DNA from: an uncultured Gammaproteobacteria bacterium
GTDB lineage: Bacteria > Patescibacteriota > Microgenomatia > Levybacterales > GWA1-39-11
Assembly: GCA_964568885.1 (NCBI GenBank)
Contig: CAZMSF010000004.1
Coordinates: 1-62,869, forward strand
DNA: 62,869 nt
Direction: 5' to 3'
Shown here: positions 26,872 to 35,437 of the stretch, in pieces
How positions within the stretch are numbered: the stretch's first letter is position 1
Layout of the letters: each line of letters begins with the position of its first letter
Notes under the pieces: generated by a model
What the model was told of the DNA's origin: nothing
Seen by the model: the letters and a program-made list of their open reading frames with translations, nothing else
The model's database searches: none
Made by a program: the position numbers and the translations under genes

Positions 26872-27858
26872 CTAAGAATTCAAAATAAGCTTGGTGCCTT
26901 CAAAATCAAAGTGGAATTTCAATTCTTCCAATCCTTCTTTTTCCAGTGCTTTTCTTATTTTTGTCTTATTTTTTTCGCAGTAGAAAAGGAAAAAACCTCC
27001 ACCCCCGGCACCCATTATTTTCCCACCTATAGCACCATTTGCTTTTGCGATATTATAGCATCTGTCAATCTTTTCATTGCTGGTATTTTTCCTTTGACGT
27101 TTTAACATCCAGTGTTTGTCAAGAAGCGTTCCGAATAGTTTTGTGTTCCCCGCTTCAAGTGCATTTTTTATTTCGTATCCGATTTTTTGTATTTCCATTA
27201 AATTGTCTATTGTTTTTTTATTTCCCTTATTAATATCTCTTTTTTGATTTGTTAACGGAATTCGTGATGTTCTTGTGATTCCCGTATAGAACATCATTAA
27301 GTTGCTTTCCAATTTCTGTATGGTTTTTGAAGATATCGCTAGCGGATATGATTGTATGCTACCTTTTTTATCTATTCTAAAACAGGTAATGCCGCCATAA
27401 GATGCGATATATTCGTCTTGCTTGCCGGAAGGATTTTTTAATTTGTTAATATTAATGTCGCAAGCAAATTTTGCAAGAGCTTCCTTTGTTATCTTTTTTT
27501 TGTTCATAACCAATAACGCATGCACCAATCCTACCGTAAAGCTTCCGGATGAGCCCAGTCCCGTACTTGAAGGTAAGTCACCGATAGAAGCTATTTCTAG
27601 ACCTCTCTTCGTAGGTATTTTTAGATATTTAAGTGAAGCTTTTATAATAGGGTGGGTAATTTGTGAGATATTAGATACTTCCTCTATTTGTGAATGTCCA
27701 AGCCGTATGCCTTTTAGCGGCCTATGCTTGACAGCAACATAAATGTAATAATCTAATGATGCACTGATAAAAAAGGAGCCGTATTTCTCATAGAAACTTG
27801 GTAGGTCTGTTCCACCGCCCCCTAAAGGAATTCTTAAAGGGGTTCTGGTTATTATCAT
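26872..27858 (-). CDS. hddA: GHMP kinase, probable D-glycero-D-manno-heptose 7-phosphate kinase
   Basis: N-terminal IITRTPLRIPLGGGGTD and GHMP motif LPSSTGLGSSGS. First gene of the operon. Confidence 0.8.
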   Translation of the reverse strand: MIITRTPLRIPLGGGGTDLPSFYEKYGSFFISASLDYYIYVAVKHRPLKGIRLGHSQIEEVSNISQITHPIIKASLKYLKIPTKRGLEIASIGDLPSSTGLGSSGSFTVGLVHALLVMNKKKITKEALAKFACDININKLKNPSGKQDEYIASYGGITCFRIDKKGSIQSYPLAISSKTIQKLESNLMMFYTGITRTSRIPLTNQKRDINKGNKKTIDNLMEIQKIGYEIKNALEAGNTKLFGTLLDKHWMLKRQRKNTSNEKIDRCYNIAKANGAIGGKIMGAGGGGFFLFYCEKNKTKIRKALEKEGLEELKFHFDFEGTKLILNS

Positions 27859-27875
27859 AGGTAATTTTGAAATAC

Positions 27876-27904
27876 ATTCTACAAACAGTACTATGCATTG
27901 TCAA
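27876..27904 (-). promoter_or_regulatory. Near-consensus sigma70-type promoter of the heptose operon
   Basis: On the minus strand, TTGACA (27904..27899), a 17-nt spacer and TAGAAT (27881..27876), then 17 nt to the hddA ATG. No Shine-Dalgarno sequence is present. Confidence 0.6.
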
Positions 27905-27986
27905 TTTGACTCGAGCTATCTTGATTTAAGTAATTCAGTTTTAATTATGATGTTTTTTTGTATAATGTGTTACGTGTTATTTGGCT

Positions 27987-28682
27987 ATGCAAATTCCTTT
28001 TCATCACAAAGTTTATAGAAAGCTTGTCTATACTTTCCATTTGTGGGACTCTTTTCCTGTCGCTGAACACTTGACGAAAGAGGAAAGAAATGTTCTCGAT
28101 CTTAATATAATGAAGGAAATAGATGGGTGGTTAACAACCAAGGAGGCGATAGCTCTTTTTCGAATCGCAAAGAGATTAAAAAGAAAATGTACAATAGTCG
28201 AAATTGGCACCTGGAAAGGAAAAAGTACATTTGTCTTAGCAAAAGGGTTGGGTTCTAAAGGGGAAATTATATGTATTGACCCTTTTGATGCAACAGCACC
28301 ATTTGATAAAGCATCCGAGAAAACTTACAAAAGTAAAACTAGCAAAACTTCATTGTTCCTACAATTTAAAAGAAAGATGGTTAAATTGAAGGTATGGAAT
28401 AAGATAACACCTTTCAAAGGGTATTCAAGCGAGTATAATTCCAAAAGAGCAATCGACTTTCTTTTTATCGACGGTGATCATTCAAAGAAAGGATGTATGT
28501 TTGATTTTGCAAAATTTTCACCACTTATAAAAAAAGGGGGGTTTATTGGATTTCATGATTATAATGAAAACAGGAAAAAATTTGGTGTCACGCAAACCGT
28601 AGATCTGTGTGTCGCTGATAATAATGAGTATAAATATGTTGGACTGTATGATTCCCTTTGGGTTGCACAAAAGGTTAGTTAG
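27987..28682 (+). CDS. Class I SAM-dependent methyltransferase (Methyltransf_24/CmcI-like)
   Basis: IVEIGTWKGKST (motif I) and FIDGDHS. The start is set to ATG 27987; the tracked start at 27981 is a TTG. Confidence 0.7.
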   Translation: MQIPFHHKVYRKLVYTFHLWDSFPVAEHLTKEERNVLDLNIMKEIDGWLTTKEAIALFRIAKRLKRKCTIVEIGTWKGKSTFVLAKGLGSKGEIICIDPFDATAPFDKASEKTYKSKTSKTSLFLQFKRKMVKLKVWNKITPFKGYSSEYNSKRAIDFLFIDGDHSKKGCMFDFAKFSPLIKKGGFIGFHDYNENRKKFGVTQTVDLCVADNNEYKYVGLYDSLWVAQKVS

Positions 28683-30048
28683 CCCCGCTCATGCGTTCGG
28701 TAACAAGAGGAGAGTTGATTATTTCTTCAAATAACGCATTTGCCACTATTTCATTTCCGGGGGCATTGTAAAAATGCACATCGTCAGAAAAGTATGTTTT
28801 GGTTTTTGGCAATTTTGATTCCAAATCAACAAAGCGGATATTATTCTCTTCGGCAACTGATTTACTGACCCTGTTAAAGGTATCTATATTTTTTATGATG
28901 GATGAAAGTGAGGGATAGGTATTGTTTGATTTACATAGCCACTGTATATCCCAGTATTGTTTTTTATCAATTCGTACATTGTATAAATATGGTTGATTGG
29001 CCATTATGAGCTGGATATCGTCGGCTCTAATAACATTAACAGTTTCTTGAATATTTCTTTTATACTCATTCAGGCTCGGAAAATTCATGTCTATGGGTTT
29101 TCCATCCGGTTTTATTAGCTGCTTGTTTGACAATAGAGTCCTATTGAGTAAGTCAGAAAAAAGTGAGGTTTTTAAGAGGTGAAATAAAAAATCTACCGAT
29201 ATTAACGAAACTATAGGTTTTGGAGAATAATAGTAGGAAACCATATTATGAAGAGGCCCGAGCAGATGAGAATAGTCTGGCTTGTATGGTCCCTTCGTGA
29301 ATTGGGGTGGGGTACACGAAGCAGTCATGTCGTTTATTCCATGCCACATAATAATAAGATCGGGCTTGAAATCTCTAATATTGAAGAGATATTGAATTAG
29401 TGAATGTTCACTGGTATATCCATCCGCGCCGGCATTGAGAACTTCTATCCTTAAGTCTTTATAGTATTTATTGAGCCTGTTTTCTAAAAGTTTAGCGAAG
29501 GTTTTCTCATAGGGTGTTTTTTTGTTTAGGACTGTGGAACCGCCAAGTATAAATATTCGGTAAACATTTGAGTTCTTTGTTTTCTTTATTTCCTCTCCTC
29601 TAAAACCATACGAATTTATGTGAAAATTAGCAAATCTGCTATTATCCGTTTTATTATTTTGATGCTGTAGAAAAGGATGGAGATTATCAATTGTATAATT
29701 AGAGTACTCTGATTGGTCTATTGGGGTTCCAAATTTGACACTTTTCATTCTCAAAAATAGTTCAAGAGGCAGTAAAAAAAGAAACACACAAATAAATAAT
29801 AAGATGAAAATCTTATTCAGTGGGGTAAAGGAATATTTTTTTTTAGCAAAAGTAATAATTGTAGTCTTTGATAAGTAGGATAGTAATTTTATATATGGAA
29901 CAAAAAGAATCAGCAGTATGACAAGAAGCAGAAAATATTTAACTGTGTATTTGTCAAATATCTCCTTGTGAGAAGAAGTGTGAAAAACCAATCCGAAGAA
30001 CAAAATTACATAGAGATAACCCATAACAAACGATACAGTTTTTTTCAT
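28675..30048 (-). CDS. Membrane-anchored SGNH/GDSL-family hydrolase, paralog B
   Basis: Same architecture as 1138..2523. It has an N-terminal FGLVFHTS motif, HPFLQ, SGNH blocks LGGSTVL / NAGADGYT / HGINDM / DDVHF, and the inserted DYSH and FPSLNEYKRN motifs. Confidence 0.7.
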   Translation of the reverse strand: MKKTVSFVMGYLYVILFFGLVFHTSSHKEIFDKYTVKYFLLLVILLILFVPYIKLLSYLSKTTIITFAKKKYSFTPLNKIFILLFICVFLFLLPLELFLRMKSVKFGTPIDQSEYSNYTIDNLHPFLQHQNNKTDNSRFANFHINSYGFRGEEIKKTKNSNVYRIFILGGSTVLNKKTPYEKTFAKLLENRLNKYYKDLRIEVLNAGADGYTSEHSLIQYLFNIRDFKPDLIIMWHGINDMTASCTPPQFTKGPYKPDYSHLLGPLHNMVSYYYSPKPIVSLISVDFLFHLLKTSLFSDLLNRTLLSNKQLIKPDGKPIDMNFPSLNEYKRNIQETVNVIRADDIQLIMANQPYLYNVRIDKKQYWDIQWLCKSNNTYPSLSSIIKNIDTFNRVSKSVAEENNIRFVDLESKLPKTKTYFSDDVHFYNAPGNEIVANALFEEIINSPLVTERMSGAN

Positions 30049-30050
30049 AT

Positions 30051-30971
30051 CTACCTCTTTTGAATATATGCTTCAATCATTGACCCATTCATTCTGACAT
30101 TAAGAACTCTGTACGCTAGTTCTCTGAATACATTTTCAAATAAATATTTTCTCACCTTTTGAGTGAGTCGAGGTTTTTGTTTTTTACTAATGAAATTTTT
30201 AACATTTGGATTTATGTCGCTTATGTTTACGGAGTTTTGTTTGGTGCGCTTTACTTTAATCGCCCTATATGCTATTCCCGCGTCTTCAGGATAGCCATAT
30301 GAATGTATCTTGACCAGTTTGAAGCCTGAATTTTCTATAAATTTAGTAAGTGTTGCCGGCGAAAAATAAAGTAAGTGGTTAGGTGGTGAAAGATAATTGA
30401 AATCTTTTCCAAGTACCCGAGCTAAAAAGCTTGTGATATTTGGTGTTGATATGCATGCGATTCCATCATTTTTTAACAGTTTGGAAATCTTAATTAGGAC
30501 AGGGCGGGGGTCTGCAAAATGTTCAATGACTTGGCTTAGGATAATTGTGTCAAATTTATTGTTCGTTTCAAAATCCAATATCCCTTTCCTAGTTATTTTA
30601 AGTTTCAATTTTTTCTCAGCATGAGCAAGAGGAATTGGGGCTATTTCAATGCCTTGGGTTTTCCATCCCTGCTTTCTCGCCTCGTCGAGAAGAAAACCGG
30701 CGCCTGCCCCCATATCGAGTAGGGTTCCTTTTTTGTGTTTAATCTTTTTGATGTTGCTTAATATTCTTTTTGCATCCCTTCTTATTAATTTTTCGTTTGC
30801 GAAACCTTCCTCATACGTGAATTTGTTATATAATTTTTGGAGCTCTGCGTTGGTTGGTAAAGGGTATGTAAATATGAAATGACACGAGCTGCACTTAAGT
30901 ATTGAATATCCATTTAATTTATATAACTTTTTGTTTTTTCTCCCATCACAAATAATGCATCTCTTTTCCAT
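30051..30971 (-). CDS. Class I SAM-dependent methyltransferase with N-terminal 4-Cys zinc ribbon
   Basis: CIICDG...CSSCHF, then motif I LLDMGAGAGFLLDE. Paralogous architecture to 50743..51651. Confidence 0.75.
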   Translation of the reverse strand: MEKRCIICDGRKNKKLYKLNGYSILKCSSCHFIFTYPLPTNAELQKLYNKFTYEEGFANEKLIRRDAKRILSNIKKIKHKKGTLLDMGAGAGFLLDEARKQGWKTQGIEIAPIPLAHAEKKLKLKITRKGILDFETNNKFDTIILSQVIEHFADPRPVLIKISKLLKNDGIACISTPNITSFLARVLGKDFNYLSPPNHLLYFSPATLTKFIENSGFKLVKIHSYGYPEDAGIAYRAIKVKRTKQNSVNISDINPNVKNFISKKQKPRLTQKVRKYLFENVFRELAYRVLNVRMNGSMIEAYIQKR

Positions 30972-30979
30972 AAAAAACG

Positions 30980-31936
30980 TTACCCATTAATAACTCCCAT
31001 TGTGGGAACAGCGTTTTGATTAATTTTTGTTTGTTTCCCAGTCTTAATGGGTTTTGCTCTGAGTGAGCGAAAAAAGATTCTGGCTAAGTGCTTCAACTCC
31101 AGAAAAAAGAGGTGCTGTTTTTTAAAAAGACTTCTTTTGTCTTCGGGCAAGAGCATGCTGGAATACTTATTCCTATTATTCTGGATATATATTGGCAGTT
31201 CCTCAATTTCAATAAATCCAAATTTATCACCATGGTTGAATGCATCCTTTCTTTCAATAATTGACTGCAGAATTTTCTCTTTCGTATTGTAGTTATTGTT
31301 GTTGTATTCCTGGTGTGTTCCTGTTGCTATTTTATCCCGTATTCTTTGAAGACCTCCCATATAGGAAAAATGCCACCCTCCATTTTTAATAAGAACATCA
31401 TTGTAGCTATGTCTAATTATGTAGGCGTCAAAATATTTCTTGAAATTTTTATACTTTATCATTTTGGTTCCCACCCACTTATGATTAGTTGATGCAAGGT
31501 TTAAGAAATAGTAAAAAAATCTCTGTTCAAAAGCTTTAAGATTGCCCGGTTTTTCTTTGTATTCAAGAATTTTTTTTGGATCCGGAATTTCATCGAGATT
31601 TGAAATAAGAATCGTGTCATTTGGCTTTGAGTGAATTAAACCCCGCTTTGCTGCTGCCATTAGATAATGTTCAATAAACCATGGGTTAGAAACATTTGGG
31701 GTATCTTCAACAATAACATGTATGATTTTGTCTTTGAATTTTTGGAATCTTTTCTGGTTTCTTTTAAAATAAAGAGGCTTTGGTTGGTTAGTATAGGTTA
31801 CGGTGCTTTCGATAAGAACGAATTTATCAACAACCTCATCAAGTATGCCAAGTCTTACTTCTAATAATTCCAATTCATTATAGAATGTAAAACAATCATA
31901 AATTTTATTTTTCGTAGTTATGTGCTTATTAGGCAT
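30980..31936 (-). CDS. Glycosyltransferase family 17-like (GnT-III-like)
   Basis: IYDCFTFYNELELLEVRLGILDEVVDKFVLIESTVTYTNQPKPLYF resembles the Glyco_transf_17 N-terminal signature. Confidence 0.6.
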   Translation of the reverse strand: MPNKHITTKNKIYDCFTFYNELELLEVRLGILDEVVDKFVLIESTVTYTNQPKPLYFKRNQKRFQKFKDKIIHVIVEDTPNVSNPWFIEHYLMAAAKRGLIHSKPNDTILISNLDEIPDPKKILEYKEKPGNLKAFEQRFFYYFLNLASTNHKWVGTKMIKYKNFKKYFDAYIIRHSYNDVLIKNGGWHFSYMGGLQRIRDKIATGTHQEYNNNNYNTKEKILQSIIERKDAFNHGDKFGFIEIEELPIYIQNNRNKYSSMLLPEDKRSLFKKQHLFFLELKHLARIFFRSLRAKPIKTGKQTKINQNAVPTMGVING

Positions 31937-32046
31937 TTCTGATAGGTGGAATTATTGATGCGAACAATGCTTGCGTAAGTTTATGATATTATATCGAGGC
32001 TGTCAATATAAAATAGTGGCTATTGCAACCACTTATTTAAAGAAAT

Positions 32047-32949
32047 ATGAACAATAAAAAAATCAGTTGCATAATACTTAATTGGAATGGCAAGCAGTAT
32101 CTTAAAGATTGCTTGGACTCTGTCCTCAGCAGTTCTTATAAAAATTTAAAAGTAATAGTCGTAGATAACGCTTCTACTGATGGCTCAAGTGAATTTATTA
32201 AGAACAATTACAAAAAAGTCGTGGTAATTGAAAATAAAACAAATCTGGGATGGACAGGAGGGAACAATAAGGGAATAAAATATGCTTTAGGAAAAAAGAC
32301 AGATTTTATTTTTATTCTTAACAATGACACACAAATCGACAAAAAATGCATAGAAGAATTAGCGAAAGAGATTGACGAGAAAGACGAAATCGGGATCGTG
32401 GGACCCAAAATATTTTTGAAAGTAAATGGTAAAAAAACTAACCGTATCTCATTTGCCGGTGGGAAATTTAAACCAAACCGATATTTCGGAGTGCATATTG
32501 GTAATAACAAACTTGATAGCAAGGCATATGGCAAGGTGAAGCAAACGGAATTTGTTACCGGTGCAGCGATAATGATAAAAAATGAAGTTTTTAAGAAGGT
32601 GGGGTTATTTGATGACAAGTACTTTATCTATTACGATGAAGCAGATTTTTGCATGCGGGCAAGAAAGAAGGGGTATAAGATTTTTTATGTGCCAACAGCT
32701 CATGTCTATCATGATTTTTCCGGAACTGTTGAGCTAAATTCTCCATTCCAAAATTATTACACGACTCGCAATCATTATCTTTTTGTGGAGAAAAACGCCC
32801 CGCAAAGCGTGAAGATTCGAGAGTTTTTAAGAACGCCAAAGACTGCTTACGAATTTTTCAAAAGCAAGGACAGGAATATAAAGAAATACTCGCTTCTTGG
32901 AATAAGAGATTACTATTTAAGAAGGTTCGGAAAGCGTACGTATTGGTAG
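32047..32949 (+). CDS. Glycosyltransferase family 2
   Basis: ISCIILNWNGKQYLKDCLDSV...VIVVDNASTDGS and YYDEADFCMRARKKGYKI, as in rhamnosyltransferase-like GT2 enzymes. Confidence 0.85.
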   Translation: MNNKKISCIILNWNGKQYLKDCLDSVLSSSYKNLKVIVVDNASTDGSSEFIKNNYKKVVVIENKTNLGWTGGNNKGIKYALGKKTDFIFILNNDTQIDKKCIEELAKEIDEKDEIGIVGPKIFLKVNGKKTNRISFAGGKFKPNRYFGVHIGNNKLDSKAYGKVKQTEFVTGAAIMIKNEVFKKVGLFDDKYFIYYDEADFCMRARKKGYKIFYVPTAHVYHDFSGTVELNSPFQNYYTTRNHYLFVEKNAPQSVKIREFLRTPKTAYEFFKSKDRNIKKYSLLGIRDYYLRRFGKRTYW

Positions 32950-32952
32950 GGT

Positions 32953-34062
32953 ATGAAAATTGCTGTATTTCATGAACTGCCCCTTGGTGGTGCAAGAAGA
33001 GTTGCGAATGATTTTTCCAAAGAGTTAAAAAAAAGACATCAGATTGATGGATATATTGTAGGTAGTGAGAAGAATGCGATGGAAAAAGAATGCTACACGA
33101 AGATGTATTTTTATAAGTTTATAACAAAAAATTGGAGTGGTCATAATTGGAAGGCAAAATTATACAAGGATACATTTGAGCTTTACAATCTCTATAAATT
33201 GCACAAAAAAATTGCCGCTGATATTGACAAGAAAAAATATGACGTTGTTATAGTGCACCCTTCGAAATTTACGCAAGCCCCGTTTGTTTTGCGTTTTTTA
33301 ATGACTAACAAAATATATTATGCCCATGAAGCGTACAGGATAATGTATGAGGAGCATTTTCGCATAAGAAATTCAGGAAATCTTTTAAAAGACTTATACG
33401 AATTTCTTTCCAGAAAAATAAAAAAAACAATTGATGCTACCAACTTGGCAAATGCCCCAACGATTTTTGTTAATTCGGAGAATACAAAGAGGAATATTTT
33501 CAGATTTTACTCACGAAAAAGTACTATTTGTTATCCAGGCATCGATACGGCATTTTTCAAACTACAAAAGGTTAAAAAAGCAATTGATGTGTTATTTATC
33601 GGCTCAACAACGGATAACACCGATGGGTTTTTCGATCTAAAAAATGCGATTGATATCATAAAGAAAAAAATCAAACTGGAAGTTGTCGGAGGCGGAGAAA
33701 AATGGATAGATGATAAGAGACTCCGGTTATTGTACGCACAGTCAAAAATGGTATTCTGCGGAGCTCACAATGAGCCGTTTGGTCTAATACCTCTGGAGGC
33801 AATACTAAGCGGAAGTTATGTTGTTGCGCTTAATGAAGGGGGATATAAAGAAACCTACATAAAAGGCAAAACAATATTGGTGGAGAGAAAAACAGAAGCA
33901 ATTGCCAATGCAATTCAGAAGGTGCTGAAACGAAAAAGCCCACATATAAATAGTACGATGAACACTCGGATCTGGAGTCTTACTGTGCGAACCAAGATGC
34001 TTGAGAGTGAAATAAAAAATGCTCTAAAAATTCGGAAAAATTTTAGGAAAACCGATAAGTAG
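32953..34062 (+). CDS. Glycosyltransferase, GT4-type (GT-B fold)
   Basis: C-terminal EPFGLIPLEAILSG motif, 369 aa. Confidence 0.75.
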   Translation: MKIAVFHELPLGGARRVANDFSKELKKRHQIDGYIVGSEKNAMEKECYTKMYFYKFITKNWSGHNWKAKLYKDTFELYNLYKLHKKIAADIDKKKYDVVIVHPSKFTQAPFVLRFLMTNKIYYAHEAYRIMYEEHFRIRNSGNLLKDLYEFLSRKIKKTIDATNLANAPTIFVNSENTKRNIFRFYSRKSTICYPGIDTAFFKLQKVKKAIDVLFIGSTTDNTDGFFDLKNAIDIIKKKIKLEVVGGGEKWIDDKRLRLLYAQSKMVFCGAHNEPFGLIPLEAILSGSYVVALNEGGYKETYIKGKTILVERKTEAIANAIQKVLKRKSPHINSTMNTRIWSLTVRTKMLESEIKNALKIRKNFRKTDK

Positions 34063-34084
34063 TATATGCTATAATTCGGAATAA

Positions 34085-35434
34085 ATGAGGCGGAAAGCGA
34101 AATTTATTACTATAAATATATGGCTTTTTTTTGTGCTTGGGCTCGTATTGCACACTTCAAGAAATCCGCAAATCTTACATAAATATTCATTCAAGTATTT
34201 CATTGTTTTACTCTTCATTATTCTTTTGATTTTACCCCTGTTAAAACTTGTCGGTTATTTGTTTTCCCCATCGACATATAAGTTTCACAATAAGAAATAT
34301 GAATTTTCAGTATTAAGAAAGATAGTGCTATGTGTTCTTATTCTTATTTTTCTTTTGTTGCCTATTGAATATTATTTGCGGTATAAGTATAAGAATTTTG
34401 AATCGAATTCTTATCAATACACAATAGACAATTTCCATCCATTTTTACAGGCACAGCTTGCTCAGGGGGACAACATTCATGTTAATAAGTTTGGTTTTCG
34501 GGGAGAGGAGATAAAGCTGAAAAAACCTCGAAACACCTATCGAATTGCGATTCTTGGCGGTTCAACAGTGTTAAACCGAGAGGTACCGTTTGAGAAAAAC
34601 GCAGTAAGACTATTAGAAAAAAAACTTCGAGAAGAATATCCTGATAAAAAAATAGAGGTTATCAATGCCGGTAAGGATGGATATAGTTCTGAGCATTCAC
34701 TAATTCAATATTTATTTAATGTTAAAGATTTTTCTCCCGATTTGGTTATCATGTGGCAAGGGGTAAATGATTTATATCTTTCATGCACGCCCTCTGACAC
34801 CGAAAAGGGACCCTTTAAAAGGGATTATTCGCATGCCTTTGGGGCTCTCATGCGTATGGCATCCAACTATTTCAGACCACAACCTCTCATGGCATTTAGA
34901 TTTGTGGGATTAGATATTCTTTCGAAACATTTGCGTGACAATCTATATTCTGACCTCATAATCCCTTATAAGGAAAAAGCTCTCACCTTGCTTGCCGAAA
35001 ACTATAGAATGGGGGGTAGAGAGTATAGAGAGGTAACTAATTTCCCAAGTCTGTCAACCTATTATAGGAACCTTAATTCTTTTATTGATGCTGTTAAAGC
35101 TGATGGAGTCCCTCTTATTCTTGGGAATCAGGCGAATTTGTATAAGAAGAGCGTATCCGTTGAGGAGGCAAAGAAACTTATTTTTCCCAACCTTGTTTGT
35201 AAAGAGGGGGGAAAATACTACAGTATGCGCTCTATTAAAAATGGGATAGAGCAGTTCAATAGAGCAACTCAAAAAGCTGCCGAAGAAAACGGTATCTCTT
35301 TTATCGATTTTGACTCAAAGGTGCCGAAAAATCTGGAATACTTTTTGGACAGCGTACATTACACTGAAAAAGGGAACGTCCTTATCGCTTCAATTCTTTT
35401 CAATTATTTAAAGGAAAAACATTTGATTGAATAA
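34085..35434 (+). CDS. Membrane-anchored SGNH/GDSL-family hydrolase, paralog C
   Basis: LGLVLHTS, HPFLQ, SGNH blocks LGGSTVL / NAGKDGYS / QGVNDL / DSVHY, and the DYSH and FPSLSTYYRN motifs. It has its own extended -10, TGCTATAAT (34067..34075), 9 nt before the ATG. Confidence 0.7.
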   Translation: MRRKAKFITINIWLFFVLGLVLHTSRNPQILHKYSFKYFIVLLFIILLILPLLKLVGYLFSPSTYKFHNKKYEFSVLRKIVLCVLILIFLLLPIEYYLRYKYKNFESNSYQYTIDNFHPFLQAQLAQGDNIHVNKFGFRGEEIKLKKPRNTYRIAILGGSTVLNREVPFEKNAVRLLEKKLREEYPDKKIEVINAGKDGYSSEHSLIQYLFNVKDFSPDLVIMWQGVNDLYLSCTPSDTEKGPFKRDYSHAFGALMRMASNYFRPQPLMAFRFVGLDILSKHLRDNLYSDLIIPYKEKALTLLAENYRMGGREYREVTNFPSLSTYYRNLNSFIDAVKADGVPLILGNQANLYKKSVSVEEAKKLIFPNLVCKEGGKYYSMRSIKNGIEQFNRATQKAAEENGISFIDFDSKVPKNLEYFLDSVHYTEKGNVLIASILFNYLKEKHLIE

Positions 35435-35437
35435 TTT

